From: Promethearchaeota archaeon
GTDB taxonomy: Archaea; Asgardarchaeota; Lokiarchaeia; Sigyniarchaeales; SOKP01
NCBI GenBank assembly: GCA_019894975.1
Contig: JAGXNO010000004.1
Location: 1-64,000, forward strand
DNA: 64,000 nucleotides
Direction of reading: 5' to 3'
How positions within the stretch are numbered: the first letter of the stretch is position 1; each line of letters opens with the position of its first letter. Below are positions 10,367 through 20,213 of this stretch, one piece after another. The translations under genes and the position numbers were made by a program. Under the pieces are notes generated by a model, which ran no database searches, was not told the origin of the DNA, and saw only the letters and a list, made by a program, of their open reading frames with translations.

Positions 10367-10534
10367 TTTTATATTTATTAGATATTACTAGTTTTGAATT
10401 TTTAATGTGTTTTAAATCTTTTAATAAAAAATAAAAATGATAAAATTTAGTTTGTAGCTAGTTTATGAGTTGAAAATGCCTTATTATAATAAAAATCGAA
10501 AAAGAAAATTGTATCAAGTGTAAAATGAGTTGGT

Positions 10535-11326
10535 TTAACGAAAGTAAGAATCCGTACCTTTATCATCTCGGGGTGACTTCATGAATTGGTCAGCTTGTTG
10601 TTTGAATGATTCAAAGACGCTTTCCATTTCTTTAATTTTTTCATTTAGTGTGCTGAAATCCATCTCTATCAAGAAATATTCTTTCAATAACGAAACTAAA
10701 GCTTTTGATGAACGGGGATCTAATGTCATCATAGGTAGTGGAAGCGTTTCTGCTAACAAACATACTCCTGGCGCAAAATTATTTGCTCCCGCATAAGCAG
10801 GTATTATTCCATTTGCTCCAGAAATATATCCCCCATCATATAATTTTGTATTATCAAATTCAAGGAAAGAGTCAACAAGGGTTTTATCTGTCCCACATAT
10901 ATATACTAGAGGAGAATCTTGAACTACGTCGGTTATCATTGCCCCCGTACTTAAGTACATTTTGATTTTTCCCCCGGTTATTTTGTCCATTTCTTCGCAA
11001 AATATTTTAGAAAACTCATAAACACCTTCTGGAGTTTGGGGTTGATATGTTGCTGTTAGAATAAAGAAGTCGTTTCCATCCTCTTTTTCGGTTGGTTTAT
11101 AATAAACTTGTGCTGAAGGTATTTGTAAATCACCACCCTCAACGACAGATTTTGCCGGGAAGTCAAAATATTGGATATTTAAAAACTCCTTAGCACAGAT
11201 AGAATCCTTAATGGATGTTATAGCTAATTTAGCAACAAGGGCAATTCCAGGCCACCCGATGAGCACGATGGGATTTTTTAAGTTTTCTATTTCAATGTCA
11301 AATTTTTTTTCAATATGTAAGTACAT
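10535..11326 (-). CDS. PAC2-family proteasome assembly chaperone
   Basis: NPIVLIGWPGIALVAKLA, ISGANG and DPRSSKA motifs; C-terminal SYFR. Confidence 0.85.
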   Translation of the reverse strand: MYLHIEKKFDIEIENLKNPIVLIGWPGIALVAKLAITSIKDSICAKEFLNIQYFDFPAKSVVEGGDLQIPSAQVYYKPTEKEDGNDFFILTATYQPQTPEGVYEFSKIFCEEMDKITGGKIKMYLSTGAMITDVVQDSPLVYICGTDKTLVDSFLEFDNTKLYDGGYISGANGIIPAYAGANNFAPGVCLLAETLPLPMMTLDPRSSKALVSLLKEYFLIEMDFSTLNEKIKEMESVFESFKQQADQFMKSPRDDKGTDSYFR

Positions 11327-11347
11327 TTTTCATGAATTCCTCAATAA

Positions 11348-12349
11348 TTATTCATCAATAAATGAAAATTTTTCTCCGCAATTTGGACAAAATCTCTTAG
11401 GAACTTTCATTGCGTATCCGCAAAAGGGGCAATAAAAATTATCTTCTAATTGTGGCTGCTGTGTACGGTCCTCTGGAATTATATGCGGTGTTTGGTAGTC
11501 AAAACCGAAATCTTTTTTAGCCTTGAGAGAAGCGAATAAAACAGTTAATAGGCAGATAAATAATGGAGCAAGTATAATATCAACTAAATTTACCAGAATT
11601 TGGTGAAGGATAATCATCCCATAACTCCTTGTGTTAGGCGCTAACCATGAGTCTGGGATTGGATTCAAAAATATGTCGAGAATCAGTCCGAAAATAAATC
11701 TAATAATGAAAATAAAGGCAAAGTTAAAAATAAATATCCCAAATATTTTCCATACATTCCCCTTAGAAATTCTACGAGCTTCTGAGATTGGATGTTCTAC
11801 TTCTTTCATATTATAGGTGAAGACTAAAAAAATGAAAAAACCAAATAATATAATGGCAGGTACAAATAGCATCAGAGATCCTAGTGGAATGCAGACGCCT
11901 ATCATTAAAATCACTAAGAATATTTTCTTATTAAAAGCGGATTTAAAAGAATCACGTAAGTTTGTTTCTGTACCTATATATGTATTGAACAGAAAGTTAC
12001 TGACCGAACACATTGCGATTGTAATCACTATTGCCCCAATTATGTTTTGAAAAAAGAAAATGACCACACTCAAAATCAGAAAAGTAGCTAATGTATTCCA
12101 TTCACTTTCAGTTAGAGTAATGTTATTAATGAACTTTTCCATTATATCTGATACACTTATGCTAAGATTTTGAAGATGCCACCTGACATCTGTTAATAGT
12201 AGAATATCTAAAACGATCAACATGACCTGAAAAAAGGCAAGTGGTACTATTATTTTTCCATAATTTTGATAGAATAGGGTGAAACCCTTAGTAATTATAT
12301 CAGAGAAGCGATTAGAAGTAGTACCGACAAATCTTGGTGATTTTTCCAT
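11348..12349 (-). CDS. Multi-pass membrane protein with a C-terminal zinc ribbon
   Basis: ~6 hydrophobic segments; CPFCG...FCPNCG. Confidence 0.8.
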   Translation of the reverse strand: MEKSPRFVGTTSNRFSDIITKGFTLFYQNYGKIIVPLAFFQVMLIVLDILLLTDVRWHLQNLSISVSDIMEKFINNITLTESEWNTLATFLILSVVIFFFQNIIGAIVITIAMCSVSNFLFNTYIGTETNLRDSFKSAFNKKIFLVILMIGVCIPLGSLMLFVPAIILFGFFIFLVFTYNMKEVEHPISEARRISKGNVWKIFGIFIFNFAFIFIIRFIFGLILDIFLNPIPDSWLAPNTRSYGMIILHQILVNLVDIILAPLFICLLTVLFASLKAKKDFGFDYQTPHIIPEDRTQQPQLEDNFYCPFCGYAMKVPKRFCPNCGEKFSFIDE

Positions 12350-12466
12350 ATTTTCTATAAATAAATACCATATTTATAATTTTTTAGATAAAGTTATAAT
12401 AATTTATTTATTCATTACCCTAGAATATAATTTCTCAGATGAGAATTAGTTGAAGATTAATAGTTA

Positions 12467-14353
12467 ATGTATATTAAGAAACAGACCTCTCGTCAACTTC
12501 CCGGAATAATATCATATATGGAGCTTTTTCAGTCAAGAAAGTTAGCTTATGCTACTTTTTTCGGCACTCCATTTGTTCTAGGATTAATTTCATTACTTCT
12601 ACATTTTATATTGATAAACGTATGGGAGTTTTTGCACTTTTTTAGATTTGTAGGCCTATTTTTACTTATACCCGGCTTAGCTGCTGGTTTTTCTATGTTG
12701 TTTTATTCTAAAAAAGCCCCTATTTTGCGACCACCTCCAATGGGATGGTCAATTCAAATGAATGTCTATTTTAGTGCGGTTATCGAAGTAACATTTATGC
12801 TTGGTCAGGTAATAGCAATAGTTCTTCAAAATATTTGGTATCAGGAAATGTTTCTAATTTTGGGAACTATCATATCGTATATTGTAGCTTTTGTTATCTA
12901 TTTTTCTTTTACTACAGTTGGACGCCCGGGATATATAATACTCTCCTTAGTTCAACCAGTGACTACGATACTCCTTTACAGTCTTTACATAGGCCAATTT
13001 GATCCCGACTTTTTTATTAGAGCGTTGGTTTTTTTTGTTACATGTGCTTTAATATTCGCGCTCCCGTATAGAAGAGGCTTGTTTCATGTTAGTAATGTCT
13101 ATAAAGAAGCAACTGGGATGAGCGGGTATCCCTTTATCAGGGCTTTTATTCTTTCTATGATGACTGATGGTAATGATGATCTTATAGAAAGCTATTTCGA
13201 AAGAGTTGGAATTAAAAAGGGTGTAAAGATTCAATATTTAGTTATAAGAAGTATATCCACTGAAGAGATTAAAGGTTTATTTGTTATCCCAAATGTACAT
13301 TTCGGTCCTTTCAAAACTTGCGGTTCTTCTGATTTACCCGAGTATATTTATAGGGCATTTAAGCATATTCCGGGTACAACTGTTTATCATACTACCAATG
13401 ACCATTCTCAAAATTTAACAACTCAAAATGATGTAGAAGTGGTTCTTAAAAAGATTGATCAAGACATATTATCAATAAAAAATAATCCCGAAATTAAATG
13501 GATTCAGGAAATTAAAAATTTTAATAGAAAAATATCAAATTCTGCTAAACTCATTGGGACAGAGATAGGAAAAACCCCCCTTATATTTATAACTAGGCAC
13601 CCTCTTCCTTCGGATGATATTGAATCTGAAGTAGGAGATAATATTAGGGAATTTGCCAAATCGTGTGGTCATCAAGATGTTATTATCGTAGATTCTCATA
13701 ATTCCATTATGGGAGATGAAATATTAATTAAAAAAGATTCGATTGAGGCTTTAGATCTAATAAACGTTTCAAAAGAGTTCTTTACAAGTGAAAGAGTAAT
13801 AAATTCCCCAAAAGTTCAGATGTTGTATGGTGTTGCGAAAGGCAGTATAAAGAATTATTCAGAGAAAGATGGTATTGGCGTTGGAGGGGTAGTTGTTCAT
13901 CTCTTTAGAGATACAACCAATAACCAGACCACAGCTTTGATTAATTTTGATGCAAATAATGCTTATGCAGAAATTCGGTCATATATTTTAAATATGTTAC
14001 AAAATAAAGGAATTGAAAAAGGAGAAATTACCACTTCCGATTCACACACAGTAGCAAGGCAATTCTCCGCTAGAGGGTATTCCCCTATTGGGGATAAAAT
14101 AAAGATTGACGAAATCTTAGATAAATTAAATTTATTGATTGAAGAGGCACAATCTAATCTAGAACCCGTCGAATTTTATTATAAAGATTCAATGGTAGAT
14201 AATGTAAGAATTTGGGGCGATCACCAGTATTTTAATGCTATTATTGATACACTAAAGGAAGCAATTAGGGTATCTCAGCGATTACTTACTCTTAGTTTAA
14301 TAGTACCTACCTTTTTCTCATTAATTATACTCTTTTTTCTGTATAATATCTGA
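12467..14353 (+). CDS. DUF2070-family membrane protein
   Basis: N-terminal TMs; VHFGPF, H.T.DH, DSHN, DANN and TSDSH motifs; C-terminal TM. Confidence 0.8.
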   Translation: MYIKKQTSRQLPGIISYMELFQSRKLAYATFFGTPFVLGLISLLLHFILINVWEFLHFFRFVGLFLLIPGLAAGFSMLFYSKKAPILRPPPMGWSIQMNVYFSAVIEVTFMLGQVIAIVLQNIWYQEMFLILGTIISYIVAFVIYFSFTTVGRPGYIILSLVQPVTTILLYSLYIGQFDPDFFIRALVFFVTCALIFALPYRRGLFHVSNVYKEATGMSGYPFIRAFILSMMTDGNDDLIESYFERVGIKKGVKIQYLVIRSISTEEIKGLFVIPNVHFGPFKTCGSSDLPEYIYRAFKHIPGTTVYHTTNDHSQNLTTQNDVEVVLKKIDQDILSIKNNPEIKWIQEIKNFNRKISNSAKLIGTEIGKTPLIFITRHPLPSDDIESEVGDNIREFAKSCGHQDVIIVDSHNSIMGDEILIKKDSIEALDLINVSKEFFTSERVINSPKVQMLYGVAKGSIKNYSEKDGIGVGGVVVHLFRDTTNNQTTALINFDANNAYAEIRSYILNMLQNKGIEKGEITTSDSHTVARQFSARGYSPIGDKIKIDEILDKLNLLIEEAQSNLEPVEFYYKDSMVDNVRIWGDHQYFNAIIDTLKEAIRVSQRLLTLSLIVPTFFSLIILFFLYNI

Positions 14354-14436
14354 TATGTTTTTACTAACTATAATTCAAAATTTATATAATTCATACTCTT
14401 AATTCTTATTTATACAAAAAAAAAAATGAATAGATT

Positions 14437-15162
14437 ATGGCATTAAGTTTTTTAGATACTTTAAATGGTGTTTTTTCACTTATTTTTGTAGCGATCTCCT
14501 TGTTTGTAGGGTTTATAATACTCACCAGATATTTTAAGTATAAGGAAAGAGTATATTTTCTGGTCGGAGCTACTTGGGTATTAATTGCATCCCCTTGGTG
14601 GCCTTCTAGTTTATCATTTTTAGTAGCTCTATCTAATGGAACGGGAATTACCGAAGAGGCTTATTTTCTAATAGGAAATATATTTGTACCACTAGCAGTA
14701 GTGTTATGGTTATTGGCTTTCACAGAATTCCTTTACACTGAAAAACGCAAGTTAATTCTTATAATATTTACAATAATTGGCTTAATTTTTGAAGTCTTAT
14801 TTTTGACAATTCTATTCCTAAATCCAGACTTTATAGGCGAGTTGAATCCTCCCGTCGATGTAAACTATAAATCGTTTATTATGATCTTCCTCATAGTTTT
14901 TCTGCTAATCGTAGTGGTTACTGGCTTTTTATTTGCTAATCTTTCTCTGAAATCTAAAGATCCTGAAGTAAAACTTAAAGGAAAATTATTAGTAATTGCT
15001 TATATAACTTTTTCAGTTGGAGCTTTATTAGACTCATCTATACCGTTAAATGAGATATTGATTATTATAACTAGATTGATTTTAATACTAAGTGCGCTTT
15101 GTTGGTATGGTGGATTTTTGTTACCAAAATGGTTAAAAAAATTTCTTTTAAAAAAGAAATAA
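14437..15162 (+). CDS. Stand-alone 7-TM membrane protein (sensor-like)
   Basis: Seven hydrophobic segments in 241 aa, basic loops, basic tail (LPKWLKKFLLKKK), no soluble domain. Confidence 0.75.
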   Translation: MALSFLDTLNGVFSLIFVAISLFVGFIILTRYFKYKERVYFLVGATWVLIASPWWPSSLSFLVALSNGTGITEEAYFLIGNIFVPLAVVLWLLAFTEFLYTEKRKLILIIFTIIGLIFEVLFLTILFLNPDFIGELNPPVDVNYKSFIMIFLIVFLLIVVVTGFLFANLSLKSKDPEVKLKGKLLVIAYITFSVGALLDSSIPLNEILIIITRLILILSALCWYGGFLLPKWLKKFLLKKK

Positions 15163-15261
15163 TCCCCCATTTTTTTCTCTATATTACTTAGATATTATCC
15201 AGATTCATATTTTTTTTAAATCCATTATGTATTAATAATTCATTTAAAATCATGAATAGGT

Positions 15262-15783
15262 ATGTTAAGTACAGAATTAGACAAATTAGTAAAAATTACA
15301 TTGATAGGTTCTCCCGCAGTTGGGAAAACTACTATAGTTAAACTTTTATCAGAAAATACATTGGATCGTTTTTATATTCCAACTCATGGATTAGATTTAA
15401 AATCTGTAAAATTTGATGATTATTTTTTAAGATTATGGGATTTAGGTGGACAAAGTGGCTACCTCCGAACGTATTCTAAAGATTATTTAATTGGATCTGA
15501 TATTATTTTTGTAGTAACCGACTCTACACCTCGAAATGTATTAAATTCAAGAGATTTAATTAATTATGCATGTCATTTTGTGGGAAAAGAATGCCCTATC
15601 ATCGCAATAGCGAATAAACAGGATTTACAAGATGGTCGAATGGATCCGAAGAGGGTTGAGGATCTTCTTCATGTGAAAACATATGCTTTAGCAGCAATAG
15701 ATCCGATGGAAAGATTGAAACTAATGAATATAATAAAAAATGAATTAGAAAAAATAGCAATTAGGAGGGGATTAAAGAAATGA
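15262..15783 (+). CDS. Small Ras-superfamily GTPase (Arf-like)
   Basis: G1 GSPAVGKT, G2 PTHG, G3 WDLGGQ, G4 NKQD; G5 degenerate. Confidence 0.92.
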   Translation: MLSTELDKLVKITLIGSPAVGKTTIVKLLSENTLDRFYIPTHGLDLKSVKFDDYFLRLWDLGGQSGYLRTYSKDYLIGSDIIFVVTDSTPRNVLNSRDLINYACHFVGKECPIIAIANKQDLQDGRMDPKRVEDLLHVKTYALAAIDPMERLKLMNIIKNELEKIAIRRGLKK

Positions 15784-16340
15784 AATTTAATGAAGAAGAA
15801 GTGTTTGGGGCTGCTTTAATAGGATTTGATATGATCGATGGCCCTTTTCTTAAATGGAAAAAGGAATATAACAAAACAAAAAATATGGTTAAGTTAGACG
15901 ATTTTGCGATGAATTTTTATCTAGCGTTCCGAGGTGGAAACGCATCAGGAAAAAAACCAAGAGCAATACTATATGACAATTTTTATATTGTAGCTTTTCC
16001 AAGAGATTTAGAATTATGTTGTCTTTTTATGAAACCTCAAAATCTTGATGAAAACATTAAACAATTGAATAAAGTAGCCTCTAGGATTATTACAGAAATG
16101 GAAGTTAAAGAAAAACCCGAAGCTGAAGTGCCTATAGAGTCAGATGAAAACACTGTAGAAGAAATAATGAGATTGATCCCAAATATATTATCCGAAGCCA
16201 AAATGTCAACTCCAGAATTGAGAAGGTATTTTAAATTGAGTAATTCTCAAATCTGGAAAATCATGTCTGAATTAGAAAGTGCTAGAAAAGTCAAACGTGC
16301 AGAGAAAAAAGGCAGATCAATTATGTGGACTGCTTCTTAA
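15780..16340 (+). CDS. Longin/uDENN-like domain fused to a C-terminal winged-helix domain
   Basis: N-terminal ALIGFDMIDGP motif; C-terminal MSTPELRRYFKLSNSQIWKIMSELESARKV HTH; ATGA overlap with the GTPase gene. Confidence 0.65.
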   Translation: MKFNEEEVFGAALIGFDMIDGPFLKWKKEYNKTKNMVKLDDFAMNFYLAFRGGNASGKKPRAILYDNFYIVAFPRDLELCCLFMKPQNLDENIKQLNKVASRIITEMEVKEKPEAEVPIESDENTVEEIMRLIPNILSEAKMSTPELRRYFKLSNSQIWKIMSELESARKVKRAEKKGRSIMWTAS

Positions 16341-16377
16341 AGCTTAATTCTTTTCCATTTATCAATTTTTTTTTATT

Positions 16378-17193
16378 TTATCTTGTCCTGTGATCCCAAC
16401 CATGTTCCTTCGTATAAAGACGAGAAAACATGATATAGCATATATCAGGTAAATCTTCATCTAAATTGTTCACAGTTATATATCGAAGAATGTGATTTAA
16501 CACAAATATACCAATAAATTCTACATGATAACTTCCTAAATTTTTAGCTAAATTTTCACCATAGAATTTTATATCTAAACCACTTTCTTTATCCCACGTA
16601 ATTTCAGTGAATATTTGTGGAAAAATTTCTCTTTTTATAAGCCATCCATTAACGGTTTTCCGTACTTTAGCACCTAAAAAATTCTCAAGGCTTTCTCGAT
16701 CTTTTTCTTGTAAAAATTTGAATGGTGTTCCTCTCTGTAATAAAACTCTTTCCATTAAATCTGATTTTAAATCATATTTTTTTTCAAATGGTTCTTCTCC
16801 TTTTAGCTTTCTTTCGATAAGATCCATAACAATATCGACAAAAGTTGCGCTGTCTTCTCCAGGAACCCATGTGACATGATTTCCTGAAAAATAGAATTTA
16901 AATTCTGCTTCAATATCATCTCCAAATTCATCTCCAAAGTAAGAATAGCTCATATGAATATCGACATCTGGAAACATTTCAATAGTTATAGTCCAATCTT
17001 CACTAAAACCAATGTGTTCAACTTCTCCTCCTAAATCTTCTTTTACAATGGATTCAAGCTTATTTGAATCGATATCAATAAAGAGGTTAAATTTTGCTTT
17101 ACTTATATCTTCTAATTCCTTCTCATGAGGGCCTCTGACACCAGTAGCATCAATCTGTCCAATTGTCATGAATTTTCTATTTTCTGGTTTCAT
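16378..17193 (-). CDS. Hypothetical protein with two internal repeats, DUF3786-like
   Basis: LGG...WTITIEMFP...GDEF...FYFSG...GED is repeated as LGA...WLIKREIFP...IKFYG. Confidence 0.5.
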   Translation of the reverse strand: MKPENRKFMTIGQIDATGVRGPHEKELEDISKAKFNLFIDIDSNKLESIVKEDLGGEVEHIGFSEDWTITIEMFPDVDIHMSYSYFGDEFGDDIEAEFKFYFSGNHVTWVPGEDSATFVDIVMDLIERKLKGEEPFEKKYDLKSDLMERVLLQRGTPFKFLQEKDRESLENFLGAKVRKTVNGWLIKREIFPQIFTEITWDKESGLDIKFYGENLAKNLGSYHVEFIGIFVLNHILRYITVNNLDEDLPDICYIMFSRLYTKEHGWDHRTR

Positions 17194-17231
17194 ATAAAAG
17201 TACTCACAACACCTAATTATATTAAAGAATA

Positions 17232-18410
17232 TTATATTGCTTTTTTTTTGAATTTTCCTACAAAGAATCCTTGTGTTTTTTGTTTTGAAGGAAACAGCCT
17301 ACCAGCTCCAGATATTCGAGAACCATTAGTTTTATAACTTGGAGAAAACCAAGTCGGTAGGTTTTGAGCTTCTAATTGATTTAAAAAATTCATAATAATG
17401 TATTCTCCTTCTTCGGGATAAAGGCTGCATGTGGAATAAACTAGGATTCCCCCCGGTTTTAACAATCTTAAAGCACTTTGAAAGAGTTTCTTCTGTAAAA
17501 CTGTGTTTTGATGTAGAAATTTTTGATTCTGTCTCCACTTTAACTCAGGATTTGTTAAAAAAGTACCATTACCGGTACAAGGAGCATCCAATAATATTCT
17601 ATCAAACATATTTTGAAACCTTAAAGGAAAAGCTATACTATCGATGTTTAAAAGATGGGTATTTATCACATTCAGATGATTAAGTAATTGAATCATAATC
17701 CTTATTCGCGGGTTAAGAAATTCCCCTGCAATTATTTTACCATGGTTCCTCATTTTTTGGGCAATGTAACTTGCTTTTATGCCTGGTGCAGCGCACATAT
17801 CACAAATTAATTCTTTTGGTTGAGGATCTAAAACATCAACTACTGCAGCTGAAGCCCTATCTTGAAATATAAGATCTCCTTTTTGATAAATTGGACTTTT
17901 TAAGACTTTGGATTTCATAGTCCTAGGTATTGTAATCATATCTTCTAGATGAGCATCTTTGGTAAAGGAAATATTTAGATTTTCTAATTCAGACTTAATT
18001 ACTAAATCTAAATTCTTCTCATGGTCTTCCTCTAATAATCTATTAATTCGAACTGCGATACTATCCCCTTCAACTAAGCCATTCATAACCTTCAAGTTAT
18101 CTTTTATGAATTCTAAATCCATTACGGGTAAAAGACGTTCTATCATAAAACTTGGTACAGCTTCACAAATGCTTAATTTTTCTATCTCATCTTTACTCTG
18201 CAAGGCTTTTTCCCATGAAAACGTTCTTACTTTCTTTAAAAAATTTGTATTAATACCTTTTACTTCTTTTAAGATTGTTTTATTGGAAGTATTTTCCCAA
18301 AAAATCCTATACGTCACAAAGAAGTAGTGAGCTAATTGATTTATGCTAAGTTTTTTAGAATCGGGAAGATTTCTCTTAATAATAAAATTGAGTTTATTCC
18401 AAAATCTCAC
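17232..18410 (-). CDS. RsmB/NOL1/NOP2-family RNA m5C methyltransferase
   Basis: FQD, DMCAAPGIK, DRILLDAPCTG and YSTCS motifs; frame is open upstream to about 18566, with a possible ATC start at 18533. Confidence 0.92.
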   Translation of the reverse strand: MRFWNKLNFIIKRNLPDSKKLSINQLAHYFFVTYRIFWENTSNKTILKEVKGINTNFLKKVRTFSWEKALQSKDEIEKLSICEAVPSFMIERLLPVMDLEFIKDNLKVMNGLVEGDSIAVRINRLLEEDHEKNLDLVIKSELENLNISFTKDAHLEDMITIPRTMKSKVLKSPIYQKGDLIFQDRASAAVVDVLDPQPKELICDMCAAPGIKASYIAQKMRNHGKIIAGEFLNPRIRIMIQLLNHLNVINTHLLNIDSIAFPLRFQNMFDRILLDAPCTGNGTFLTNPELKWRQNQKFLHQNTVLQKKLFQSALRLLKPGGILVYSTCSLYPEEGEYIIMNFLNQLEAQNLPTWFSPSYKTNGSRISGAGRLFPSKQKTQGFFVGKFKKKAI

Positions 18411-18625
18411 AATTTCATTATAGTAATGAATACTTCTAGGATTTTGCCTTATTGATTTTAATGTTGAATATGACTCTCCCTTTATGAATAAAGCAAGAAG
18501 GTTTACTATTTCAGTAGTATCATTGCTATTGATCTCAAAAAACCTTTTTCTTAAAATATTATTACTTTAATTTAGTGGTTTTTATAATCGTAATAAAAAA
18601 TAAGAAAAAATAAAAGCTTTAAAAT

Positions 18626-18817
18626 TTATTGTATTTCTGCGGGTATTATAAGTCCTTTCCTTTTTAGCGAGATTATTGTACTTATAATCTCGTCCCTGGA
18701 AGCTTTTCTTCCTGCTAAACCAAAATTCAAAAGACTTGATATGAAGAAGAACTTCCTTTCTTTCTGTATTTGCTCAGCTAATTTTCTAATATAATAGAAT
18801 ATGCTTAAATTACACAT
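18626..18817 (-). CDS. Small basic hypothetical protein, possibly wHTH-like
   Basis: 63 aa ORF; SRDEIISTIISLKRKGLI resembles a recognition helix plus wing. Confidence 0.35.
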   Translation of the reverse strand: MCNLSIFYYIRKLAEQIQKERKFFFISSLLNFGLAGRKASRDEIISTIISLKRKGLIIPAEIQ

Positions 18818-18857
18818 TAAGATTATACTGAATTCCCCGTTTTTAAGATTCCATAAT

Positions 18858-20096
18858 TTATTTCACAGTTCTCCTTATCAAAACTTCTAATTCTTCTTCT
18901 GTGATAAACTTGTTTGTTAAGATTTTGGAATGAACCACGTCTTTTATTTCATCGATATACTTCTCAAAATTGTTTAACCCCATTTGTTCACATTTCAATT
19001 TGATGGCATCACCATGAAGAGTAGTGGGTCCAAAAATAATCTTTTCGGATTGTCCTACAATTTCAGGTTTATATGGCGTGAAGCACATCCAATACCTATC
19101 CTTTTCTAAAGCACTCATGACATGAAGTTCACTTTCATGTATAAATGTATTCCGACCTACGATTGGTTTATTATATGGTAAGGGAACTTCCGAAATTTTC
19201 TCGATGTATTTACTTAATTCATACAATTTAGAGAGATCAATTCCTGTATCTATCCCATATAACATTTCTAAGGCTGTGACCACTTCCTCAAAAGAAGTGT
19301 TTCCTGCTCTATCCCCCAGTTTATTAACTACAAGATCCATATATGAAGCACCCTGCTCAACAGCTGCTATTGTTGAAGCAGAACCTAATCCAAAATCATC
19401 ATGAACATGAATTCCAATGGGGGTCTCTTTTGCAATAGATTTTAATTGTCTTATCAGGAAAGAAATTGCAGATATATTACAAGCACCTACAGTATCATAT
19501 AACATTATCATTTTTACCCCATTTTTTATTCCCTGTTTGATTGCTTTCATTAATATAGATAATTGAGATCGTGTTGCATCAACGCAATCTAAAATTGCGC
19601 TTGCTCCCATTTTTCTGATTCTACTTAGTACGGAAGGGATTACTGATACCATTACTTCGGGTGTTATTTTTTCATCACCTGTAAATAGCTGAAGTTGCCA
19701 TTCTGTTAGTACAATTCCAAATCCAATATAATCTATTTTTGCTTCTATTGATTTTTCAATCTCAGCAGTCCATCTTGAAGGGTTTGTACTAAGATGAGAA
19801 TAAGTCTTTAGTTTAATGCCCAACTCTTTGATTTTATTTGCTAAGTTCCATTGATCTTGAACTTGTCCAATATAGCCACAATCAATATGTTTAACCCCAA
19901 TATCCTCTAATTTCTCTACAATGTTAATCTTCTGGTCTAAAGAATAATATACACCCGGAGTTTCTTCACCTTCTCTTATAGTAGAGTCTCTTATATAAAC
20001 ATTTTTAGGCAGGTTGAAGGATTTTAAAACTTCTTCGTTATAATTATGTGGTGAAATCCACCATTTATCATTAAACCATTTTGTTTCTTCTTTCAT
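18858..20096 (-). CDS. DRE-TIM acyltransferase, homocitrate synthase/AksA/LeuA family, without the regulatory domain
   Basis: DSTIREGEETPG, DTVG, HVHDDFG, LGDRAGN and PIVG.N.F.HES motifs. Confidence 0.85.
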   Translation of the reverse strand: MKEETKWFNDKWWISPHNYNEEVLKSFNLPKNVYIRDSTIREGEETPGVYYSLDQKINIVEKLEDIGVKHIDCGYIGQVQDQWNLANKIKELGIKLKTYSHLSTNPSRWTAEIEKSIEAKIDYIGFGIVLTEWQLQLFTGDEKITPEVMVSVIPSVLSRIRKMGASAILDCVDATRSQLSILMKAIKQGIKNGVKMIMLYDTVGACNISAISFLIRQLKSIAKETPIGIHVHDDFGLGSASTIAAVEQGASYMDLVVNKLGDRAGNTSFEEVVTALEMLYGIDTGIDLSKLYELSKYIEKISEVPLPYNKPIVGRNTFIHESELHVMSALEKDRYWMCFTPYKPEIVGQSEKIIFGPTTLHGDAIKLKCEQMGLNNFEKYIDEIKDVVHSKILTNKFITEEELEVLIRRTVK

Positions 20097-20213
20097 TATC
20101 GTAGTCTTTTTTTATTTTATAAAATTATATTGCTTGTATTGAATAAAAAATTATTAATCTTTTTCAAATATTAGAATAAACACTTTTATTAAAGGGAGAG
20201 AACTACCATTTGG

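Noticed and set aside
14437-15162. Rhodopsin or true GPCR homology
   Set aside because: No retinal-binding Lys in TM7 and no DRY/NPxxY motifs; only the 7-TM topology is supported
18858-20096. Inactive enzyme because of RE instead of RD in the DRE motif
   Set aside because: DSTLREG-type motifs occur in active homocitrate synthases; substrate cannot be assigned from sequence alone
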